Shown here: positions 1 through 7,720 of the stretch, in pieces
How the letters are laid out: every line of letters begins with the position of its first letter
Numbering within the stretch: position 1 is the first letter of the stretch
From: Vicinamibacterales bacterium
Lineage (GTDB): Bacteria; Acidobacteriota; Vicinamibacteria; Vicinamibacterales; UBA8438
Assembly (NCBI GenBank): GCA_965116845.1
Contig: OZ220728.1
Span: 4,333,268 to 4,397,267, forward strand
DNA length: 64,000 nt
Direction: 5' to 3'
Made by a program: the position numbers and the translations under genes
The notes under the pieces: generated by a model
The model's input: the letters and a program-made list of their open reading frames with translations, nothing else
Databases searched by the model: none
Told to the model about the DNA's origin: nothing

Positions 1-174
1 GGCTCGGTCTGTCGGAGCTCGAGACGGTCACGAGGGTCCCGGACGGCACATCCGGGCCCTCACCCCACGCCTGAGTCCGCCCCGTACGCTACCCGAACGC
101 CGGCCCCCTCGCCAGCGCCCCGGCTGTGGACGCTGCCGCTCCCGTGGACGCCAAGAGCGCGCCCACCGGAGCTT

Positions 175-200
175 GCGAAACCGCGCAGACGCGGTTTCGC
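175..200 (+). other. perfect 11-bp stem-loop in the non-coding leader upstream of the IS110 transposase
   Basis: GCGAAACCGCG (175-185), loop CAGA, CGCGGTTTCGC (190-200). Flanking CTTG..CAAG can extend the stem. No credible ORF covers it. Confidence 0.6.
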
Positions 201-449
201 ACAAGTGATGGGGTGGACGCCTGTACCGTTTTGCTTGACGACCGCGGGTATGCTCGCGGGAGTCGGGCAGGGCCGCCGGGAGCCACCCGAGTGGACGCGG
301 TGTTTTCGAGCACATGGGGAGGATTTGTGCCCCGGCGGCCCAGCCATCGATGGAAGCCCTGTGGGGAGTCTGCGCCGTAGAGCGCCAGTACAGGCACCGG
401 CGAGCATCGATGGCGCGCCCGTCTTGATTCGAGAGACAGGAGGGTCGAT

Positions 450-1715
450 GTGGAGCTGGCGTGGTTCGTAGGCATTGACTGGGGTTCACAGAGGCATCAA
501 GCATGCGTGCTCGATGCCGGCGGCAAAGTGCTCGGCGAACGGGAGTTCGAGCACGGGGGTGCGGGCCTGACCCAAATGGCGGACTGGCTGCTGGCCTTCG
601 CGAGCGACGCGGCCGCGGTCGGTGTGGCCGTCGAAACGCCACGGGGGCCGGTAGTCGAGAGCCTGATGGAGCGCGGCTTCGCCGTCCACTCGATCAACCC
701 GAAGCAGCTCGACCGTTTCCGCGATCGGTTCTCGCCGGCGGGTGCGAAGGACGACAGGCGGGACGCGCGAGTGCTGGCCTCGGCGCTGCGTACCGACCCG
801 CACTGCCTTCGAAGGCTGAAGCCGACGGACCCGGCGATCGTGGAGTTGCGCGAGTGGTCCCGTCTGAGCGAGGAGCTGACGCGGGAGCGGATACGCCTGG
901 CGAATCAGATGCGGGAACAGCTCTGGCGCTACTACCCTCAGTTCCTCGGCGCGGTTGATGACGACGTCGCGGCGCCGTGGGCGCTCGACCTGTGGCGCAG
1001 CCTGCCCACGCCGCGCGCCGGGCAACGGGTTCGCGAGGTGACGCTGACCAAGGTGCTGAAGCAGCACCGAATCCGCCGGATTGACTCGGCGTCGCTACGA
1101 GCTCGGTTGCGGGTGCCCGCCGTCAGGCTCACGCCGGGCGCGGCCGAGGCGGCCATGACGCATGTGCGGCTCGTCGTCGAACGCCTCGCGCTGGTCAATC
1201 GCCAACTTGATGACGTGCGCCGTCATCTGGATGGGCTGGTGCATCGGCTGACCGAGGCAGATTCGACGGGCGATTCGGACGCTTCGATGGAGGACCGGCA
1301 ATCGCCGAAAACACCGCCGGATGCGGCCATTCTGCTGTCGCTGCCCGGCGTTGGTACCAAGGTGCTCGCCACGCTTCTCGCCGAGGGAAACGACGCTGTG
1401 GGGCGCCGTGACTACGACGCGCTTCGTTGTCTCTGCGGAGTGGCTCCGGTCACTCGGCGTTCGGGCAAGAGTCTGATCGTGACGCAGCGACACGCGGCCC
1501 ACGACCGGCTGCGTGACGCGGTCTACCATTGGGCGCGGATCGCCGCCCAACGCGATCCGGTGAGCCACGACAAGTACCGGTCGCTACGTGCCCGCGGCCA
1601 CGGACACGCGCGCGCCCTGCGCTCGGTGGCGGACCGCCTGCTCAACGTCGCCTGCGCGATGCTCCGCGACGGAACTCGCTTCGACGCGCACCGTGTGAAG
1701 ATTGTCGCTACCTGA
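450..1715 (+). CDS. IS110 family transposase (DEDD-type), apparently intact
   Basis: 421-aa ORF with a GTG start 7 nt after AGGAGG. N-terminal WFVGIDWGSQRHQACVLD and C-terminal LLSLPGVGTKVLATLLAE / GVAPVTRRSGKS motifs are typical of IS110/IS1111 transposases. Confidence 0.9.
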   Translation: MELAWFVGIDWGSQRHQACVLDAGGKVLGEREFEHGGAGLTQMADWLLAFASDAAAVGVAVETPRGPVVESLMERGFAVHSINPKQLDRFRDRFSPAGAKDDRRDARVLASALRTDPHCLRRLKPTDPAIVELREWSRLSEELTRERIRLANQMREQLWRYYPQFLGAVDDDVAAPWALDLWRSLPTPRAGQRVREVTLTKVLKQHRIRRIDSASLRARLRVPAVRLTPGAAEAAMTHVRLVVERLALVNRQLDDVRRHLDGLVHRLTEADSTGDSDASMEDRQSPKTPPDAAILLSLPGVGTKVLATLLAEGNDAVGRRDYDALRCLCGVAPVTRRSGKSLIVTQRHAAHDRLRDAVYHWARIAAQRDPVSHDKYRSLRARGHGHARALRSVADRLLNVACAMLRDGTRFDAHRVKIVAT

Positions 1716-2120
1716 TCCGGAACCGCACTTGCCAGCTCCTCGTCTGAATCGTCGTCGACGGCCTTGGCGAGAACGCAGGGTCTCGCAGTTCCTCGCCCAT
1801 ATAGGCAGCTAATCGAAGGCGGCCCGCAAGGGCCTCCTGCTCCGTCGGCCCCGGCAATCGGTCGTAGGGCTGGGCGGCAGCGTAGGACGGCCGTGGTCGA
1901 CCGTGCGTGGTGACCGCGTGCGTGGCGAAGTGAGGACATCTGGCGACGTACACCGTCGCCCCTCGTAGCAACTTCAAACAGCGACATGAGGCAGCGGAGA
2001 CCTACGGCGAAGACTGACAAACCCAACTTGACTAACGGTGGGGAGTCCTCCCCCCGAACGGCATCGCGATGTGCCAAGGTGGAGCTGTCACAACGCACCA
2101 CCTGGAGGAGGAGGCATCCA

Positions 2121-3144
2121 ATGGAGCAGCCTACCATCATCGGAATCGATTTGGCGAAGCGGAGTTTCAGGTGCACGGCGCGCGGCCCGACGGTCGGTGG
2201 CCTTTCGCAAGAAGCTGAGCCGAGGCAAGGTTCTGGACTTCGTTGCCTCGCAACCACGATGCGTCGTCGCGATGGAGGCGTGCGCGAGTTCGCACCACTG
2301 GGCTCGGGCGTTTGAGGAGCTCGGTCACGAGGCGAAGCTGATCCCGCCGGTCTACGTGAAGCCGTTCGTAAAGCGCCAGAAGAACGACGCGGCCGACGCG
2401 GAAGCGATCTGCGAGGCAGCGTCCCGCCCGACGATGCGATTCGTGGCGGTGAAGACGCGTGAGCAGCAGGCGCGAGGCATGCTGTATCGCACGCGCGATC
2501 GGCTGGTTCGTCAACGTACGCAGACGATCAACGCGCTCCGGGGACACTTCGCGGAGTTCGGCGTCGTCGTTCCGCGGGGGCCGGCTCACGTGGAGCAGCT
2601 CGCGGAGGCGGTTGAAGATGCCGATTCGGGTCTACCCGACCTGGTTCGGGAGCTGGGTGCGCTGTTGCTGGTTCAGGTCGCCGACCTCGACGAGAAGATC
2701 GGAGAGCTCGACAATGACCTGCGCCAACAGGCGCGCGAAGACGAACAGACAAAGCGGCTGATGAGTGTCCCGGGAATCGGGACGGTGTGCGCGATGGCGA
2801 TCCAAGCCTTCGCGCCCCCGATGGAGAGCTTCCGGAGCGGCCGGGACTTCGCGGCCTGGCTGGGCTTGGTGCCCCGGCAGAACTCGACGGGCGGGAAGGC
2901 GCAGCTCGGCAAGATCTCCAAGATGGGTCAGCGTGACCTCCGGCGGCTGTTGATCACCGGCGCGATGTCGACGGTCAGCTGGGCGGTGCGGCGTGGCGCC
3001 GCGAAGGACCCCTGGCTGGCCCGGATGCTGGCGCGCAAGCCGCGCATGCTGGTCGCGGTGGCGTTGGCCAACCGGATGGCCCGCATCGCCTGGGCACTGC
3101 TGACGAAGAACGAGTACTACCGCGGACCGCAGCCAACAGCCTGA
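2121..3144 (+). pseudogene. IS110-family transposase, N-terminal frameshift(s)
   Basis: The frame of ORF 2038..3144 carries VAMEACASSHHWAR, MSVPGIGTVCAMA, LGLVPRQNSTGGK and ANRMARIAWALL (IS110-like). The expected N-terminus MEQPTIIGIDLAKRSF starts at ATG 2121 in another frame. FQVHG reads in the third frame near 2165-2180. At least one, probably two, frameshifts. Confidence 0.8.
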
Positions 3145-3893
3145 GAAGACAGGAGCTGGTGGTGGCGTCGTCGAGGATGCGAGCAGGTCGAACGATGGTA
3201 AGGGCAAACGGTCAACGAGACGGGGTCGGGAGAACCAGCCTGCGGGCGGGTGCCTCTGAGCACGCTCAAGCGATTGTGGACCCGACCCGCGTATCTCCAT
3301 ACAGGCCCGCGGGGCGTGACATCCCGCAATCCATGAGGCCGGACACACGACAGCACCTGACCGCATGCACCGGACCATCCGTCGGAGACGTCAACCTCGC
3401 GCACGGCCAACCGCGGCCGTCAACCCGCTTCGCGGCTCCTCCGCTCCGCTCCGGCCCCTCCGGGGTGACCGCCACGGCTGGCCGTGCGGGAAACTCTTGT
3501 CGGCCAGCCGGAAGGCTGGCCGTTCTTCAACGGAAGCGCGCGCGGGCTTCGGAAGCCGCCCCGTTGTAGGCGGCGAATCGACGCAGCAGAACTGAAGAAC
3601 GAGATCACGAAGAAGGAGCTTGCATTCGCGGAGGCGTCCACACACGCCCACAGCCTCATTGTTGTTGTTGGTACTCAAGTACCCGGACGAAACCCACACG
3701 ACGAACCGGAACACGTCCGGTGTCGAGATTCCTTCACTTCTACGTGACCGCTGACAGTCTGTGGGTCGTCGCCAGCGGCTTCCCGGGCCCGGGCCCGCTC
3801 GTACGAGGCTTCTCCCTGGTGTCACCGGTCACCCAATGGTCTCCCAGTCCTGGTCACTGAAAACTCCCCACCTCGGTCACTGAGGGGGGAGCG

Positions 3894-4349
3894 ATGTCGA
3901 CGACAGCGACGACGATCGACCTCGAGCGACGGATGCTCGGGGAGGTCGAGATGGTCGGACGGGACCAGTGGGAGGAGATTCATCGTCGAGCGCGTGCGGG
4001 CGGACCGATCCGGGCGATCGCTCGCGAACTGGACCTGGACCGGAAGACCGTGCGCCGGTGCCTGCGGCGGGCGGAGTGGAGGCCGTACCGGCGGGCAGCG
4101 CGGACGGACACGCTGCTGGTCGGGCACGCGGCGTATCTGCGGCGCCGGGCTGCAGAGGTCGGCTACTCGGCGCAGGTGCTGTTCCAGGAGCTCCGGCGGC
4201 GACAGTACCGCGGGAGCTACGAGACGGTGAAGCGGTTCGTGCGGCCGTTGCGAGAGGCGCAGTTGCACTCGGCGGTGACGCGGACGCGGTTCGAGACGCC
4301 ACCCGGACTGCACTATGTTGACTCCCGCGTTATGTTGAGTCCCCGGTAG
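3894..4349 (+). pseudogene. istA: IS21-family IstA transposase, N-terminal fragment (HTH region only)
   Basis: 151-aa ORF with a GGGGGAG RBS. IRAIARELDLDRKTVRRCLRR ... VLFQELRRRQYRGSYETVKRFVRPLR ... TRFETPPG matches the IstA N-terminus. Similarity stops near 4308, before the expected QAQVDW catalytic core. Confidence 0.8.
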
Positions 4350-4599
4350 ATCCGCCTCGTCCGCCGCGTCCGCGTCGCTCTTGTCGCTTGGTGTGCTTTC
4401 CATAAAGTCGCAGGCCGGGGTTCCCATCGGCCAGCCAGCCCAAGAGGGGAGGCGTTCGCGGTGAACCGCGCGATGCCATCGGCGGTTCCGGGATGAGGAC
4501 GCTCATCTCCGTCGAAGTGTTTGGAAACGCGCAGCGCCGCGGCGGCAGCGGCCGCTACAACAGAGCCACCGCTCCCTCGGAGGCCGTGGGCTAATGGGC

Positions 4600-7311
4600 T
4601 CATCCGCCCCAGTGGTAGCCGATCCGCACGTAGTAGTAGGCGCCGCTGAAGCCCCACGGGGTGTACTCGCTGTACTGCTCGCCGACTCGGTTCGCGAGCA
4701 CGGCTACTTGCGAGTACGTATCGAGGACGTTCTGACCGCCGACGGCCAGCGTCGTGCCCCGTCCGAGATCGAAGCTCACCTCCACGTCGAGGATCGGGCG
4801 GCCTTCGAAGAAGCCCTGCGCCAATCCGCCCGACGGCAGGAAGGTCTCCCCGTACCCGCTGTCCCAGTCGTACCAGCCGCCGTAGTAGCTGAGACGGCCC
4901 AACAGGCGCGCCCTGCCCATTCGCTGCGTCACCCCGACGTTCCCGCGCGTCCGGGGCAGGGAGTAGGCGTACTCGGCGAGCCGCCGGCCATCGAGCAGAC
5001 CCTGGCCGTTGTCCGTCACCCGCGTGTCGGTGTGGTTGAAGACGGCGTTGATGACGGTGTTGCCCCGGAACGCGAGCGGCGTGAAGGTGGAGACGACGTC
5101 GATGCCCTGCGACGACGTCGCGAAGGCGTTGGTGAAGAAGCCGAAGGCCCGCACGCTCTCCGCCGCCTCGAACCCGCCCGCCACGAGGTCGGCGATCTCG
5201 TCGCCCGTCAGCACGAAGTCGCTCGTGATCCCGATCCGATCCGACACGTCGATGCGGAAGTAGTCGGCGGTGAGCGTGAAGGGACCGGTGTCGAACACGA
5301 CGCCAGCCGTGTAGTTGACCGACCGCTCCGGCCCCAGCGGCAGCCCGCCCCGCAGCCGGGCCGCCGCCGAGATCGACGGGAAGACCGCGTTGTTGACGAG
5401 GTCGCCGACGGTCGGGTCGAACCGGCTCGAGATGTTGAAGCCGTTCTGCTGGCCCGGGGTGGGCGCCCGGAATCCGCTGCTCACGCTGGCCCGGACGAAG
5501 CCGAAGCGGCCGGACACCTTGCCGTTCGTCGTCGTCCCGAAGTCCTCGAAGTCCTCGATGCGAGCCGCGGCCCCCAGCGTCCAGGCACCGTCCCTGCCGC
5601 TCACCTCGAGGTCGCCGTAGGCCGCGACGTTGTAGCGGCTCCAGGCACCTGCGTGCTGCGGCCCGTACCCGAAGAACCCGTTGGCGCCCGACGTGAAGCG
5701 CTGCCGGGCGTAGGGGCCGACCAGCCACCCCTCGCGGTCGCCCTGCACGACGCTGAACTGCTCGTCCCGCCATTCGGCGCCGGCGGCGAGGTTGATCCGG
5801 TCGGCGACGGCATACGAAGCGTCGAAGTGGAAACTGACCTCCCGCTGTCGGTTCCCGCCGATGTCGAACGCGGTGGGCGAGGCGGGGCCGAGCGACGCGT
5901 TGACGGTGTCGTAGATGAACAGGTCGGTGCGGTGCGTGCCGACCGAGCCGCTCAGGTCCCAGTCGATGCCGCCAGCAGTAGAGCCGCGCACGCCGGCGAC
6001 CAGCGACGCGTCGGTCGCCGAGCCGCCCATCTGGGGGGTGAAGCCGCCCGGGAACCGCTCCTGGAACGAGAAGCAGTTCGGGTCGTCGAACACCTCCTGC
6101 AGCGCGATGGGGTCCGGCACGTCGTCGGTGACGGCGACCGTCGGGCAGTTGGCCGAGCCGCGGCCCTCGGCCGCGAGGACGTCGGCAACCAGCAGCGTGC
6201 GGCCTCCGTCGACGCTGAACACGCCGAGCCGAGAGTTGGGGTTGCGGAAGAAGAAGCTCTGCGTCACCGTCTTGCTCGCGTAGTTCGTGTGCGCGTACAG
6301 ATCCACGCCCGAGGGGAGGGCGTAGCCGAAATTGCCGAACGCCTTCAGGTCGTCGTCGACGTCGGGATCGCCCCAGCGGACCGGGCGCTCGGAACGCACG
6401 TGCGTGTTGCCGGCAGCAATGAGCGCTCTTGCGTCACTGCGGTACGCACTTCGGTCGGTCGGGTTGGCGTTGCCGTACTCCAGGCTCAGGTTGGCGAAGC
6501 CGTCGGCGCCCAGCGGGAGTCCGAGATTCCCGGCGAACTGGGCCGATCCCCCGTCTCCAGCGCCGTACATCCCCGTGTTGACCTCGACGGACCCGCCGGA
6601 GGCGGAGTCCTTGAGCTGGAAGTTCATCACCCCGGCGATCGCGTCGGAGCCGTACTGCGCCGCCGCGCCGTCCCGCAGCACCTCGACCTGCCGCAGCGCG
6701 ATCGCAGGGATGACGGAGATGTCCGGACCCTGCGAGCCGAGGCCCACGCCGTTGCCGCCGTGCCAGTCGACGACCGAGGAGCGGTGGCGACGCTTGCCGT
6801 TGATGAGGACCAGCGTGTGGTCCGGCGCCAGGTTGCGGAGCATGGCAGGACGGACCACCGTCGAGGCGGCGCTGATCGGCTGGGTGCTGGTGTTGAACGA
6901 CGGGATGATCGTGCGGAGCTGCTCGTTCAGGCCGCCCGTCCCCCGGCTGACCAGATCCGAGGCCGACAGCACGTCCACCGGGACCGCCGACTCGGTGGCG
7001 CTGCGCGGCTGCGCGCGCGAGCCCACGACCACCGTTTCCTCCGTGAATCCCGCCAGCAGGCTCCGCATCTCTTCGGGCGACAACCCCAGGGCTTCGATCT
7101 CGGCCGGCGTCATCCCGAGCGCGCGGCTCAACTCCTCCACCAGCACGTCCGTCCCGCCCTCCACCTGCCCCAGCCCATCCCTGACCGGAGGCTCGGCACC
7201 GGCTTCGGACTCGAGCGCGATCCACGCCGCCGGCAGCACGGCCAGCACTACAACGGCGCACCACGGGGCGCTTCTGGACTGCGTCGTAGCCGCCCCGAGA
7301 CGTCGATCCAT
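4600..7311 (-). CDS. TonB-dependent receptor
   Basis: ATG at 7311 preceded by GGGAG, with signal-like AVVVLAVLPAAWIA. Plug motifs: ETVVVGSRAQ, VDVLSASDL, HTLVLINGKRR, IEVLRDGAAAQYGSDAIAGVMNF. Long beta-barrel with an aromatic-rich C-terminus. The upstream part of the 983-aa ORF has no signal or RBS. Confidence 0.9.
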   Translation of the reverse strand: MDRRLGAATTQSRSAPWCAVVVLAVLPAAWIALESEAGAEPPVRDGLGQVEGGTDVLVEELSRALGMTPAEIEALGLSPEEMRSLLAGFTEETVVVGSRAQPRSATESAVPVDVLSASDLVSRGTGGLNEQLRTIIPSFNTSTQPISAASTVVRPAMLRNLAPDHTLVLINGKRRHRSSVVDWHGGNGVGLGSQGPDISVIPAIALRQVEVLRDGAAAQYGSDAIAGVMNFQLKDSASGGSVEVNTGMYGAGDGGSAQFAGNLGLPLGADGFANLSLEYGNANPTDRSAYRSDARALIAAGNTHVRSERPVRWGDPDVDDDLKAFGNFGYALPSGVDLYAHTNYASKTVTQSFFFRNPNSRLGVFSVDGGRTLLVADVLAAEGRGSANCPTVAVTDDVPDPIALQEVFDDPNCFSFQERFPGGFTPQMGGSATDASLVAGVRGSTAGGIDWDLSGSVGTHRTDLFIYDTVNASLGPASPTAFDIGGNRQREVSFHFDASYAVADRINLAAGAEWRDEQFSVVQGDREGWLVGPYARQRFTSGANGFFGYGPQHAGAWSRYNVAAYGDLEVSGRDGAWTLGAAARIEDFEDFGTTTNGKVSGRFGFVRASVSSGFRAPTPGQQNGFNISSRFDPTVGDLVNNAVFPSISAAARLRGGLPLGPERSVNYTAGVVFDTGPFTLTADYFRIDVSDRIGITSDFVLTGDEIADLVAGGFEAAESVRAFGFFTNAFATSSQGIDVVSTFTPLAFRGNTVINAVFNHTDTRVTDNGQGLLDGRRLAEYAYSLPRTRGNVGVTQRMGRARLLGRLSYYGGWYDWDSGYGETFLPSGGLAQGFFEGRPILDVEVSFDLGRGTTLAVGGQNVLDTYSQVAVLANRVGEQYSEYTPWGFSGAYYYVRIGYHWGG

Positions 7312-7720
7312 TGATCTCCCGCCATCTGATCCCCCAGGGCCGGACGATACCGGGAATCTATGTGGAGGGTACGTCTGCGGGCGCTTGTTGAAGGTGAATC
7401 GCACGTGATTGCGGTCGGGGCTGAAGGTGCGTCCGAGGCGCTGACACAGGACGGGTTTCGCCTGCGCCCGGGTGAACGGCGCTCGCGGTCGGACAGGAGG
7501 TGACCGACATACTGCCCCGTCTACACGGTGAGACTTCTCATCACCGTCCAAGACCGGACTATACTGGAATCAGCGTGAAGAGTTCGTCTCGTGACGTCGG
7601 GATTGGGTGAATTGTGCGTGGCTACGATCAGAGATTTGAAGGTCGTCGGAGGAGCCGACCCGGGACCGGTCCCGCCTGCGCCCGGGTGGGCGGCGCTCTC
7701 GGTCGGGCGAGAGGTGGCGG

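Noticed and set aside
1708-1977. An 89-aa minus-strand ORF between the two IS110 genes, considered as a remnant of an interrupted host gene.
   Set aside because: No recognisable motifs and no RBS. Its composition is compatible with a chance ORF in high-GC spacer DNA.
4594-7314. Very long ORFs antisense to or overlapping the called genes: 4594..7314 +, 7628..10033 -, 12405..15209 +, 31952..35626 -, 46158..48563 +, 50817..53621 +, 52213..55086 -, 20996..23209 +.
   Set aside because: Their translations are Arg/Pro/Gly/Ala-rich low-complexity strings with no family motifs. Each lies opposite an ORF with clear family signatures, signal peptides and RBSs. These are typical shadow ORFs of high-GC DNA.
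7312-7560. The leader of the TonB-dependent receptor was inspected for a cobalamin or TPP riboswitch, or a Fur box.
   Set aside because: No B12-box, GGGAA/GGTG core or TPP CTGAGA/ACCTGA motifs were found, and no AT-rich Fur-like palindrome. Only a weak CACGTG-centred partial palindrome (GAATCGCACGTGATTGC) was seen. A covariance search would be needed to be certain.
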